DNA of 64,000 nucleotides from Candidatus Buchananbacteria bacterium (GTDB lineage: Bacteria > Patescibacteriota > Patescibacteriia > 2-01-FULL-39-33 > JBAYJR01): positions 13,309 to 77,308 of the forward strand of contig JBAYJR010000006.1 in the NCBI GenBank assembly GCA_041665005.1, in the 5' to 3' direction. Made by a program: the position numbers and the translations under genes. This document shows positions 27,517-37,600 of the stretch, piece by piece. A model generated the notes under the pieces. It was not told the DNA's origin, made no database searches, and saw only the letters and a list, made by a program, of their open reading frames with translations. Positions within the stretch are counted from its first letter, which is position 1. Every line of letters begins with the position of its first letter.

Positions 27517-27547
27517 ATCAACCAGACTAGGGTCTTGGTTTTTTTAA
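27517..27547 (+). terminator. Intrinsic terminator closing the tRNA/RNA locus
   Basis: 'accagac-tagg-gtcttggt' + ttttttt. Confidence 0.5.
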
Positions 27548-27562
27548 TTTAAAAAGCGACTC

Positions 27563-28210
27563 TTAGGTTAAGAGTCGCTTGGTTGTTTCTAAAACTTTTT
27601 TAAAAATTTCTTCTTTGGTTTGACCAGCATCTATTTTTAGATACGGTCCAGCTGATAAAGAAGGGTTGGCGAGGAAATTAGCAAAACCCTTTCTGACTTG
27701 TTGGTGAAAAGCCAGGCCTTCACTTTCTAAACGATCTAAAGGTAGATTAGGGTTTTTGCGGGCAAAGGCAATTTTGGGGTCAAGATCTAACCAAAAAGTG
27801 AAATGTGGCACTAAACTGCGGGTAACAAAATTATTCAATTGAATAAATTCGTCTTTAGTACAGGCTTTGCGAGCGATGCATTGATAGGCGTAGCTATCCA
27901 TGTTATAGCGATCACAAATGACGATTTTTCCCGCTTCCAAATTAGGAATAATTGTTTGATCGATGTGTTGGGCGCGGTCAGCTAGATAAAGCAAGAGTTC
28001 GGCGCGTCCGGTTAAGATGATTCCTGGGAAAGGGGTTAACAGTAATTGGCGAATTTTTTGGCAGTAATTAAGATCACCGCCCGGTTCTTTGGTCAAGATA
28101 GTATTTCGACCATTTTTTAATAGCCACTCGTGTAATAATTGGGCTTGGGTGGTCTTGCCGCAGCCTTCACCACCGGTAAAGACTAAAAATAAACCTGGCT
28201 TGTTTGACAT
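27563..28210 (-). CDS. tmk: Thymidylate kinase
   Basis: Start refined to the internal ATG at 28210, which has a GGAGG Shine-Dalgarno site 7 nt upstream. 'LFLVFTGGEGCGKTTQ' P-loop, 'DRY' motif. A terminator hairpin overlaps the stop codon. Confidence 0.85.
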   Translation of the reverse strand: MSNKPGLFLVFTGGEGCGKTTQAQLLHEWLLKNGRNTILTKEPGGDLNYCQKIRQLLLTPFPGIILTGRAELLLYLADRAQHIDQTIIPNLEAGKIVICDRYNMDSYAYQCIARKACTKDEFIQLNNFVTRSLVPHFTFWLDLDPKIAFARKNPNLPLDRLESEGLAFHQQVRKGFANFLANPSLSAGPYLKIDAGQTKEEIFKKVLETTKRLLT

Positions 28211-28307
28211 GATTTTACCTCCTAAGATTGTTGTCAGTAAATTATCACGTTGCTGCAGTCGTGTCAAATAAATTGAAAAAGTTAAGCAAATAAGCTATAG
28301 TAGTGGT

Positions 28308-28907
28308 ATGAAAAAAACTAAGCTACCAAAGATTGTTTTTCGTTATTCTTGGATTTATGATGATTTGCGACGGCGTAAGGCTATGCCAGATTTTAAATAT
28401 CCAGAGATTAAAGAAATTAAAAAGTTTACTTGGGGTTTTGAAAAATATTGGCGTTTAAGGGAAAAGAAAGTTTTATTAGCCATTAGTCAAATTTTTGATT
28501 TGTCTTGGGCCGAAGCTGAGATTTTGGTTTATGTGGTTGGTGGTGGTTTAAGTTATTCTGATCCTTTAACAGTTAGTTTACGCGGTGGCCACCAATATTT
28601 TTTTAATACCATAGTACACGAATTAATCCACCGTTTTTTAGCGGTTAGAACCGGTGACCAAGAAGTGTCACATGTAATTAAGAAATGGGAAAAAAAATAT
28701 CAGACTGAGACCATTACCACTAAGAATCATATTATTATTTACGCCACCTTGGCTAAGTTGCACGAGTTGTTGCCAGAATTATTTGGTGATAAAAAGGAAC
28801 GCCCCGGTAATTCTTTTAGTCCAGAATATGTACGCGCTAAAGAAATTGCAGTAGAACTTGGTTATGATAACGTTTTGCAGCAGTTTAAAAAACAATATCA
28901 AAAATGA
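28308..28907 (+). CDS. Hypothetical protein with HExxH motif
   Basis: 199 aa. 'IVHELIHRF' is a possible metallopeptidase-like site. The stop overlaps the start of the Mur ligase gene. Confidence 0.35.
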   Translation: MKKTKLPKIVFRYSWIYDDLRRRKAMPDFKYPEIKEIKKFTWGFEKYWRLREKKVLLAISQIFDLSWAEAEILVYVVGGGLSYSDPLTVSLRGGHQYFFNTIVHELIHRFLAVRTGDQEVSHVIKKWEKKYQTETITTKNHIIIYATLAKLHELLPELFGDKKERPGNSFSPEYVRAKEIAVELGYDNVLQQFKKQYQK

Positions 28908-30211
28908 AAGCTTTTGTTAAAAAATTATTACCTAAGTTTTTATTAAGCTATTACCACAAATTTTTAGCGGTCGCGGCTAATTTTTATTATGGCCGACCAT
29001 CGGAAAAATTAATAGTCATTGGCATTACTGGCACAACCGGCAAATCTACTACGGTAGCTATGTTGGATTTTGTTTTGACGCAAGCCGGCTATAAGGTTGG
29101 ATATACTTCTACTATTGCTTTTAAATATCCTGGCTATTATGAATTAAATAAGAAGAAGATGACCATGCTGGGTCGTTTTCAATTACAAAAGATTTTGCGG
29201 CAAATGGTTAGTGCGGGTTGCCAATATGCCATCGTGGAAACCACTTCGCAGGGGATTGAGCAATGGCGACATTGGGGAGTTCATTACGATTTAGCAGTTT
29301 TAACTAATTTATATCCCGAACATTTAGAAGCGCACGGCGGGTTTGATAATTATAAAGCGGCGAAATTAAAATTGTTTGCCCGTTTGTCTCAATTGGCGCC
29401 AAAAATCATTGCCGGCCAAAAAATTAAACGACAAATTGTGGTTAATTTAGATGATCAACATGCTACGGAATTTTTAGCTTGGCCGGTGGAGCAAAAAATT
29501 GGCTATACTACCAAGGCTAATCATAATATTAGCGGGGTAAAAGAAATTAAGGCTGAATTATTTAGTGATAAATTTTATATCCAACAGGTAGAATTCAGTT
29601 TACCGATGCCTGGCCAGCCTAATTTACTTAATGCTTTCGCTGCGGTGAATATTGGCTTAGCCTTGGGGCTTTCTTTGGAACCAATGGCCAAAGCGTTAAA
29701 AGAATTTCAAGGTGTACCAGGACGCTTGGAAGAAATAAAAGTTGGCCAAAGTTTTAGAGTAATTGTGGATTATGCTTTTGAACCACAGGCGTTAACAAAT
29801 TTGTATCAAACAGTCAAAATTTGGCCACACCAAAAGATAATTTCGGTTTTAGGTTCTACTGGCGGCGGTCGGGATATTTGGCGGCGGGCAGTTTTAGGGG
29901 AATTAGCGGGAAAAAATGCTGAAGTAGTAATTGTTACTAATGAAGATCCTTACGATGAAGACCCGCAGCAGATTATTGATCAAGTGGCCACGGGAGCGGT
30001 AAAAGCGGGCAAGATCTTAGAACAAAATTTGTTTAAAATCTTAGATCGGCGGCAAGGGATTGCTAAGGCAATTTCTTTAGCGCAAGCCGGCGATATTGTT
30101 TTAATTACTGGCAAAGGTTGTGAACCAGTGATGGCGGTAGCGAACGGTAAGTTAATTCCTTGGGATGATCGAGAAGTAGTAAGAGAGGAGATAGGCCGGT
30201 TAGTAAATTAG
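28904..30211 (+). CDS. Mur ligase family protein (MurE/MurF-like)
   Basis: 435 aa. P-loop 'IGITGTTGKSTT', middle-domain 'DNYKAAKLKLF', C-terminal 'ITGKGCE'. Confidence 0.7.
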   Translation: MKAFVKKLLPKFLLSYYHKFLAVAANFYYGRPSEKLIVIGITGTTGKSTTVAMLDFVLTQAGYKVGYTSTIAFKYPGYYELNKKKMTMLGRFQLQKILRQMVSAGCQYAIVETTSQGIEQWRHWGVHYDLAVLTNLYPEHLEAHGGFDNYKAAKLKLFARLSQLAPKIIAGQKIKRQIVVNLDDQHATEFLAWPVEQKIGYTTKANHNISGVKEIKAELFSDKFYIQQVEFSLPMPGQPNLLNAFAAVNIGLALGLSLEPMAKALKEFQGVPGRLEEIKVGQSFRVIVDYAFEPQALTNLYQTVKIWPHQKIISVLGSTGGGRDIWRRAVLGELAGKNAEVVIVTNEDPYDEDPQQIIDQVATGAVKAGKILEQNLFKILDRRQGIAKAISLAQAGDIVLITGKGCEPVMAVANGKLIPWDDREVVREEIGRLVN

Positions 30212-30243
30212 TAAAATTATAGACTAATAGTTAAAAAGAAAAA

Positions 30244-30268
30244 CGATCATTGTTGATCGTTTTTTTAT
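30244..30268 (+). terminator. Intrinsic terminator after the Mur ligase gene
   Basis: 'aacgatca-ttgt-tgatcgtt' + ttttttt. Confidence 0.6.
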
Positions 30269-30273
30269 TCAGA

Positions 30274-30342
30274 GTCTGATTCATCCAAAGATATGGTTTG
30301 CGCGTGAGGGTCTGGGTGCATGCTTTCCTTTTTCCTCAGCCA
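30274..30342. repeat. Perfect 13-bp inverted repeat (tccaaagatatgg ... ccatatctttgga) enclosing a 43-nt GC-richer loop
   Basis: Read directly: 30274-30286 and 30330-30342 are reverse complements. Confidence 0.6.
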
Positions 30343-30404
30343 TATCTTTGGACGTATTTTTAGTATAAATTAACAATAAAATATTGTCAAGAGTAGATAA
30401 ACCA

Positions 30405-30433
30405 TAAAAAAGACGGTCAAGGTTTTGACCGTC
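30405..30433 (-). terminator. Intrinsic terminator (minus strand)
   Basis: 'agacggtc-aaggtttt-gaccgtct', followed on the minus strand by ttttt. It implies a minus-strand transcript in 30436-30690. Confidence 0.5.
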
Positions 30434-30656
30434 TGCTTAGTAACTGGTGGAAAGGGGGTCGAGGCTGGTTTCGACAACCAAAGTGAGCTGTTTACTCAGA
30501 CAGCATGAAGTCTGTTTTGTTCAATGTCTTTGGTAAGACCCAATTGAATAAACCCCCATACTGGAACTTTGGCATACACCTTCCCACAAAGTACTAATAA
30601 TATTAGCAGAGAATTACTATTGCGTCAAGTAGAAAGGTGGGTTTTTTGAATAAAAA

Positions 30657-30690
30657 AGGGTGATTTTATTAATCACCCTGGGTTTTGACA
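30657..30690. terminator. Bidirectional hairpin terminator immediately 3' of the minus-strand tRNA cluster
   Basis: 'agggtgatt-ttat-taatcaccct' flanked by A-run and T-run. Confidence 0.5.
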
Positions 30691-30691
30691 G

Positions 30692-30784
30692 TGGAGCGGG
30701 AGAAAGGAGTCGAACCTTCGGCTTTTTGGTCGTCTAATTGTTTAGACAGAGAACCAAATACTCTACCCACTGAGTTACCCCCGC
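30692..30784 (-). tRNA. tRNA-like gene (Gly-like acceptor/discriminator U73, encoded CCA) with a 24-nt anticodon-loop region containing a 17-nt hairpin insertion
   Basis: Reverse complement: gcggggg-ta-actc-agtgggta-gagt-a-tttgg-[ttctctgtctaaacaattagacga]-ccaaa-aagcc-gaagg-ttcgact-ccttt-ctcccgc-t-cca. All arms canonical except the loop. If an insert is spliced out, one reading gives loop ttCTCga. Confidence 0.6.
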
Positions 30785-30789
30785 TTTGT

Positions 30790-30864
30790 TGGAGCGTATA
30801 GGATTTGAACCTATTATCTCTTGCTTGAAAGGCAAGCGCTTATCCTGATTTCAGCTTACGCTCC
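30790..30864 (-). tRNA. tRNA-Glu (anticodon UUC)
   Basis: Reverse complement: ggagcgt-aa-gct-gaaatcaggata-agc-g-cttgc-ctTTCaa-gcaag-agata-atagg-ttcaaat-cctat-acgctcc-a. Confidence 0.8.
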
Positions 30865-30890
30865 ATCGGAAATAATAGCTTTAATAAATT

Positions 30891-30966
30891 TGGTGAAGCG
30901 TATAGGATTTGAACCTACAACCTCTTTCTTTGCAAGAAAGGGCTCAACCAGTTGAGCTTACGCTTC
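30891..30966 (-). tRNA. tRNA-Cys (anticodon GCA), CCA encoded
   Basis: Reverse complement: gaagcgt-aa-gctc-aactggtt-gagc-c-ctttc-ttGCAaa-gaaag-aggtt-gtagg-ttcaaat-cctat-acgcttc-a-cca. The discriminator is A (the E. coli Cys identity element U73 is not present). Confidence 0.75.
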
Positions 30967-31175
30967 GCCATTAAAGAACAATAATTATCTTTAGAATATT
31001 ATCTTAGCGGATAGTTAGTTGTTTGTAAATATCTGCTCTAGTGGCTAGTTGTGGATAAGTTGTTGACTACCCAGAAAGTTGATTGTTTGTTATAATAGGG
31101 ATAATTATTGTCAAAATCGTAAAATTTTGGCTAAACAAAGCTATAATTCAGATTTTAAATAACCAGCAAGTCAAA

Positions 31176-31205
31176 TATTTGACATTTTTTTTATTTCTTG
31201 TTAGA
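31176..31205 (+). promoter_or_regulatory. Sigma70-like promoter upstream of rpoB: ttgaca - 17 - tagaat
   Basis: 'ttgacattttttttatttcttgttagaat'. Confidence 0.45.
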
Positions 31206-31427
31206 ATTTAAACACTTTTTATTATTCCTAGCTATCTTAAAGGTAGGGGGTAAGGTAACTAAAAGTCAAATTCCCATTAAGGGAATTGCCCGCAGGCCAA
31301 AACATATTTTATTAAATTCATTGCCGTGGGAGACAATTTCTTAAAAATTTAATTATAATAACTCATCTTCTATTTGTCGGCTAAAGGCCTAAACCTCCGC
31401 GGGCAAAGACTGAGATGGGGCATTTTT

Positions 31428-34400
31428 ATGTCTTTTTCTAAACAACCAACCCATACTTTGGCATTTAAAAACTTTAAGTCAGCTGGCGATGCGATACCCA
31501 TGCCAAACCTGATTGAAGTGCAGAAAAATTCTTATGAATGGTTTTTTCGTGAAGGTTTAAAAGAGTTGTTTGATGAAGTTTCACCGATTAGAGATTTTAC
31601 GGGTCGTGATTTAGAATTATATTTTGATGATTTTTATTTAGATGAGCCTAAATTTGACGAGAGTACTTCTCGGGCTAAAAATTTAACTTATGAAGCGCCG
31701 ATGCGCATTAAGGCTCGCTTGACCAACAAACGAACTGGCGAATCGCGCGAGCAAGAAGTTTATTTAGGAGATTTTCCCTTAATGACCGACCGCGGCACTT
31801 TTGTAGTTAACGGCGTAGAACGCGCCGTAGTTTCCCAGTTGATTAGATCAGCTGGTGTTTTTTTTGACGCAGAGTTTGCAGCCGGACGTTATTATTATGG
31901 GGCTAAAATTATTCCTAATCGCGGTTCTTGGTTAGAATTTGAAACGGATCAAAACAACGTACTGTGGGTTAAGATTGATCGTAAGCGCAAAGTGGCAGTT
32001 ACTTCTTTATTACGGGCGTTTGGTTTTAGCAGTGACGAGGATATTCAAAAATTATTTGCGGAAGTAGATACGCATCCAGTTAATCGCTATATTGAATCCA
32101 CTTTTAAAAAAGATATTTCTCATAATGAAGCCGAAGGCTTGATTGAAATTTATAAACGAATTCGTCCGGGCGATCTAGCAACTGCCGATAACGCTAAACA
32201 GTTGATTCATAACATGTTTTTTAATTTTTCGCGTTATGATTTTGGTCGAGTCGGTCGTTATAAATTAAATCAACGTTTTGGTTTTGATGTGCCTAATACC
32301 AAAGAAAATCGGATTTTACGTCCCGAAGATTTAATGGCCATTATTTCAGAAATTATTAAATTAAATAATACTCAACAGTTGCCCGACGATATTGATCATT
32401 TAGGTAATCGTCGCGTGCGAACGGTTGGTGAATTAGTCCAAATGAAGTTTCGGGTTGGTTTAGCGCGGATGGAACGGATTATTAAAGATCGGATGTCTAC
32501 TTTGGATGTGGCAGCTATTACGCCAGGCAAATTAATTAATGCCCGGCCAGTCATTGGGGCGATTAAAGAATTTTTCATGTCTTCGCAGTTATCTCAGTTT
32601 ATGGATCAGATCAATCCGTTGGCCGAGTTGGAACATAAGCGTCGTTTATCCGCCATGGGTCCTGGTGGTTTGTCTCGTGAACGGGCCGGTTTTGAAGTGC
32701 GTGATGTACATACTTCTCACTACGGTCGGATTTGTCCAATTGCTACTCCGGAAGGTCCAAACATTGGCTTGGTTGGTCATTTAGCTTCTTATGCGCGGGT
32801 TAACGATTTTGGTTTTTTAGAAACTCCTTTCCGTAAAATAGAAAAAGATAAGAATGGTAAGCCACGGGTGACTAATCAAATAGATTGGTTGGATGCTTTT
32901 GCTGAAGATAAGACCACCACCACTCCAGCCACCACGCCAATTGATGAGCAGGGCTATTTTATGGAAGAAAAAGCGGAAGTTCGGATGAATATGAAGCCAA
33001 CTGTCGCTTACGTGGAAAATATTGATTACATGGATGTTTCTTCAAAACAAATTATTTCCATTGCCACGGCCTTGATTCCTTTTTTGGAGCATGATGATGC
33101 AATTCGCGCTTTGATGGGTTCAAATATGCAACGTCAGGCGGTTTCGGTTATTAAGCCCGAAGCACCGTTAATTGGCACGGGGGTAGAATATCGCGCGGCT
33201 TGTGATTCGGGTCACGTGCTATTAGCTAAAAATGATGGTAAGGTAATTACCGTGCAAGGTGACAAAGTAGAAATTTTAACTAAAGATAATAAAATTGATA
33301 AATACTCTTTTAATAAATTTTTAAAGTCAAATTCTTCAACCGCCATTAACCAACGTCCGATTGTTGCTAAGGGACAGTCGATCAAAAAAGGCGAGGTAGT
33401 AGCTGATGGTCCGGCTACTGACCATGGCTATTTGGCTTTAGGTCAAAATATTTTAGTGGCCTTTATGCCTTATGAAGGCTATAACTATGAAGATGCGATT
33501 GTTCTATCAGAACGCTTAGTGCAAGACGATCGTTATTCTTCGATTCATATTGAAAACTATACAATTGATGTCCGTGATACTAAATTAGGCTTGGAAGTAA
33601 TTACTTCTGATATTCCGAATGTCTCGGAGGAAAAATTAAAAGATTTGGACGAAGAAGGTGTGGTTCGGGTTGGGGCAACGGTTTCTTCTGGGGATATTTT
33701 GGTCGGAAAAATTACGCCTAAAGGTGAAACTGAATTATCAGCTGAAGAAAAATTATTAAGAGCAATTTTTGGAGAAAAAGCTCGCGATGTCCGCGACTCT
33801 TCCTTATACTTAGAACATGGATCACGGGGTAAGGTAATTGATGTTAAAGTTTTTTCTCGAGAAAATAGTGATAAATTATCGGCCGGAGTAATTAAGTCTA
33901 TTCAAGTGACTGTTGCTTCTTTACGCAAAGTTCAGGTTGGTGATAAGATGGCCGGACGTCACGGTAATAAAGGGGTAATTTCTAAAATTGTTCCAGTCGA
34001 AGATTTGCCTTATATGGCTGACGGCACGCCAGTTGATATTGTGCTTAGTCCTTTAGGTATTATTTCACGTATGAATTTGGGTCAGGTTTTAGAAACTCAT
34101 TTAGGTTTAGCGGCCAAAACTTTGGGTTATCGTGCCGCCACGCCACCTTTGAACGGTATTCCGGAAGAAATGATCAATCAAGAATTAGTTAAAGCTGGCT
34201 ATTCAGCCGAAGGCAAAATGATTTTGTATGATGGTCGCAACGGACAACCTTTTGCTCAGCCAATCACCGTGGGTTATATTTACATGCTGAAATTGAATCA
34301 CTTAGTAGAAGATAAGATTCATCAACGCTCAATTGGTCCGTACTCTTTAATTACCCAGCAACCGTTAGGCGGTAAAGCACAAATGGGTGGTCAGCGTTTT

Positions 34401-34661
34401 GGTGAAATGGAAGTTTGGGCTTTGGAAGGTTACGGTGCCGCTCATACTTTGCAAGAAATTTTAACCATTAAATCCGATGATGTGCCCGGCCGTTCTAAGG
34501 CTTATGAGGCGATTATTAAAGGAGAAAAGATTCAAAAATTAAATGTTCCTGAATCCTTTAATGTTTTAGTGCGAGAATTAAAAGGTCTAGGTTTAAATGT
34601 AGAATTATTAGGAGAAAAGGTCATAGAAGAAAGCCAAGATCGTCCGGATAAAATAAATTAA
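31428..34661 (+). CDS. rpoB: DNA-directed RNA polymerase subunit beta
   Basis: Track ORF 31374-34661. The probable true start is ATG 31428 ([11 protein letters not shown]...). Conserved blocks: '[10 protein letters not shown]', '[24 protein letters not shown]', 'NMQRQAV', 'GYNYEDA', '[13 protein letters not shown]'. Confidence 0.93.
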   Translation: MSFSKQPTHTLAFKNFKSAGDAIPMPNLIEVQKNSYEWFFREGLKELFDEVSPIRDFTGRDLELYFDDFYLDEPKFDESTSRAKNLTYEAPMRIKARLTNKRTGESREQEVYLGDFPLMTDRGTFVVNGVERAVVSQLIRSAGVFFDAEFAAGRYYYGAKIIPNRGSWLEFETDQNNVLWVKIDRKRKVAVTSLLRAFGFSSDEDIQKLFAEVDTHPVNRYIESTFKKDISHNEAEGLIEIYKRIRPGDLATADNAKQLIHNMFFNFSRYDFGRVGRYKLNQRFGFDVPNTKENRILRPEDLMAIISEIIKLNNTQQLPDDIDHLGNRRVRTVGELVQMKFRVGLARMERIIKDRMSTLDVAAITPGKLINARPVIGAIKEFFMSSQLSQFMDQINPLAELEHKRRLSAMGPGGLSRERAGFEVRDVHTSHYGRICPIATPEGPNIGLVGHLASYARVNDFGFLETPFRKIEKDKNGKPRVTNQIDWLDAFAEDKTTTTPATTPIDEQGYFMEEKAEVRMNMKPTVAYVENIDYMDVSSKQIISIATALIPFLEHDDAIRALMGSNMQRQAVSVIKPEAPLIGTGVEYRAACDSGHVLLAKNDGKVITVQGDKVEILTKDNKIDKYSFNKFLKSNSSTAINQRPIVAKGQSIKKGEVVADGPATDHGYLALGQNILVAFMPYEGYNYEDAIVLSERLVQDDRYSSIHIENYTIDVRDTKLGLEVITSDIPNVSEEKLKDLDEEGVVRVGATVSSGDILVGKITPKGETELSAEEKLLRAIFGEKARDVRDSSLYLEHGSRGKVIDVKVFSRENSDKLSAGVIKSIQVTVASLRKVQVGDKMAGRHGNKGVISKIVPVEDLPYMADGTPVDIVLSPLGIISRMNLGQVLETHLGLAAKTLGYRAATPPLNGIPEEMINQELVKAGYSAEGKMILYDGRNGQPFAQPITVGYIYMLKLNHLVEDKIHQRSIGPYSLITQQPLGGKAQMGGQRFGEMEVWALEGYGAAHTLQEILTIKSDDVPGRSKAYEAIIKGEKIQKLNVPESFNVLVRELKGLGLNVELLGEKVIEESQDRPDKIN

Positions 34662-34685
34662 TTTGCCAATTAGCTATAAATTTTT

Positions 34686-37600
34686 ATGATACCAGAACAA
34701 AATGTAAAAATTGCGGACTTTGAAGCGATGCGCTTAAGTATTGCTTCGCCCGAAGACATTTTAAAGTGGTCTTATGGCGAAGTTGCTCGCGCGGAGACGA
34801 TTAATTACCGTACCCAAAAACCGGAAAAAGATGGGTTATTTGATGAACGTATTTTTGGTCCGACTAAAGATTGGGAATGCTATTGTGGCAAGTATAAAAA
34901 AATTCGTTATAAAGGAATAATTTGTGACAAATGCGGAGTGGAAGTTACTCGTTCCATTGTGCGTCGTGAACGGATGGGGCATATTGCTTTGGCCACCCCG
35001 GTTTCGCATATTTGGTTTTTACGTGGGGTGCCTTCCAAGATTGGTTTGGTGTTAGATTTGTCGGTGCAGGGCTTAGAAAAAGTAATTTATTTTGCCGATT
35101 TTATTATTACTAAAGTTGATGAAGACTTAAAGCAAGAAACGATTAGTCAATTAAAACAAGAATTTAAAAATCGTAAACAACAAATTGAAAGCGAAACCAA
35201 CCGTCAAATTAATCAAGTAAAAGTTAAAAAAGGTTTGGCGGAAGAAGCTACTGACGATGAAGTGGTTGGTTTGGCCCGGCAAAAAGAGGAGCAGTTAAAG
35301 GAATTAATGGAGACCTTTCATTTAGCTGAGCAAGAATTAAAAGAGTTAAAACCGTTGCGTATTATTTCGGAACATTCTTATCAAGAATTGTCTTTGCGGT
35401 ATGGTCATATTTTTGAAGCAGGAATTGGTGCCGAGGCGGTTCGTGATTTGTTAGAAAAAGTTGATTTTGAAAAAACGATTAATGAATTAGAAACCGAATT
35501 AAAGGTTGCTACGGGAGCAAAAAGAGAAAAAATTATTCGCCGGATAAAATTATTTAAAAATTTAGAAAAAAATAAATTGCGGCCAGAATGGATGATTATG
35601 ACTATGGTGCCGGTGATTCCTCCAGATTTACGGCCAATGGTACCGTTAGATGGCGGTCGGTTTGCGACTTCAGATCTGAATGACTTATATCGTCGAGTTA
35701 TTAATCGCAATAACCGTTTAAAGCAGTTATTGGAATTAAATGCGCCAGAAGTAATTATTCGTAATGAAAAGCGCATGCTGCAGGAAGCGGCTGATGCCTT
35801 AATTGATAATAATGCTCGGCAGGGTAAAACGGTAACAGCCTCTACAGGGCAACGTCGGATGCTTAAATCTTTAGCGGATATGTTAAAGGGTAAGCAAGGA
35901 CGTTTTCGTCAAAATTTATTAGGTAAGCGGGTGGATTATTCTGGTCGCTCGGTTATTATTGTCGGTCCTTCTTTAAAATTAGATCAATGTGGTTTGCCAA
36001 AGATTATGGCTTTAGAGCTTTATCGTCCCTTTGTAATTTCGCAGTTGATTAAACGAGAATTAGTTCATAATATCCGCTCGGCTAATCGTTTTATTGAAAG
36101 TGGTCGGATTGAGGTTTGGGATATTTTAGAAGAAGTGGTAGCTAAATCTCACGTGTTATTAAATCGAGCGCCAACTTTACATCGTTTGGGTATTCAAGCT
36201 TTTAAGCCGATTTTGATTGAAGGTAAAGCGATTCAGGTACATCCCTTAGTTTGTCCCGCTTTTAATGCTGACTTTGATGGTGACCAGATGGCGGTACATC
36301 TACCTTTAACGGAGGAAGCCCAATGGGAAGCCGCTAATTTGATGTTAGCCACCAAAAATTTACTTAAACCAGCCACCGGTGATCCAATTGTAGCACCAGA
36401 TAAAGATATTGTTTGGGGCTGTTATTACTTAACTAGATTATTAGAGGCCGAAAAAGAACTTAAAGTTTTTAGTGATTGGTCGGAAGTGTTGTTGGCTTGG
36501 CAAACTGATAATTTGAAGTTGCAAGAAAAAATTAAGGTTAGAGTTGAATTAGATAAAGATGGTCGGATTATTAAATATGGGCAGAGAAAAGCTAAGTCTG
36601 TTAAGAACCAACTATTTGAAACTTCAGCTGGTCGGATTATTTTTAATCAAGTTTTGCCGCCTGAAGTTGATTATTTAAATGAGCAAGTAGCTAAATCACA
36701 TTTATCTGGTATTTTACGCCAAGTTTTGCGCAAATGCGGACCAGAGGTCACGGTAGAGTTATTAGACACCATAAAATCTTTGGCCTATAAACATTTAACG
36801 ATGGCGGGTGTTTCTTTGGGTATGTCGGATTTTCCAGATATTCCCAAGGTTAAAGAATTAATTAAAGCCGGTGATCAACAGGTGGATGAAATTATTGAAC
36901 AATATGAAGCAGGTTTATTAACCCAAGATGAACGTTATACTAAAATTATTGGGGTTTGGACAGAAATCAAGGATCAAATTGCTACAGAAAGCAAAAAAGC
37001 AATTGATAAAAATAGTTCAGTTTTTGCCATGGTAGATTCTAATGCTCGTGGTTCTTGGGCACAGTTGGTACAAATGATTGGTATGAAGGGTTTGGTAATT
37101 AATCCCGCTGGCCAAATTATTGAATTACCGGTTAAAGGTAATTTTAAACGAGGCTTTGATGTTTTGGAATTTTTTATTTCTACTCATGGTGCTCGCAAAG
37201 GTTTATCTGATACTGCTTTAAGAACTTCTTCAGCCGGTTACTTGACTCGTCGCTTAGTAGATGTGGCGCAGGAGTTAATTATTCGGGAAGACGATTGTAA
37301 AGATGAAGAGGGTTTGATTGTGACTAAAGCAGAAAGCGAAGAAATGGGTAAAAATTTAGCTGATCGGGTGTCTGGCCGTTATACCATTGAAGCAATTATT
37401 GACACTAAGACTAAAAAGACAATCGTGGAAGCCGGTGAACTAATCACTGAAGATTTAGTTAAAAAGGTAAAAGAGGCCGATGTTTCTGAAATAAAAATTC
37501 GTTCACTGCTAACCTGTCGCAGTTTGCGTGGTATTTGTAAAAAATGTTATGGCATTGATTTGGCTTATAATAAATTAGTCGAAACTGGCACCGCGGTTGG

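Noticed and set aside
27228-27530. ORFs 27228-27521(-) and 27321-27530(+) in the track.
   Set aside because: They overlap the hand-folded tRNA-Arg(CCG) and the tRNA-like 3' fragment. The region is clearly RNA-coding, not protein-coding.
27241-27547. Possibility that the tRNA-like 3' end with CCA plus downstream structure is a tmRNA (ssrA).
   Set aside because: The fragment's acceptor 3' strand (cggggac) has no complementary 5' strand anywhere upstream. It cannot form the G3:U70 pair needed for alanylation. No plausible tag reading frame ending in Ala-Ala-stop is present. An intact tRNA-Arg occupies the position where a tmRNA 5' domain would be.
35405-35776. 123-aa minus-strand ORF inside rpoC. 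Similar cases are 32396-32578(-) and 32539-32784(+) in rpoB.
   Set aside because: Embedded in highly conserved RNA-polymerase coding sequence. Spurious.
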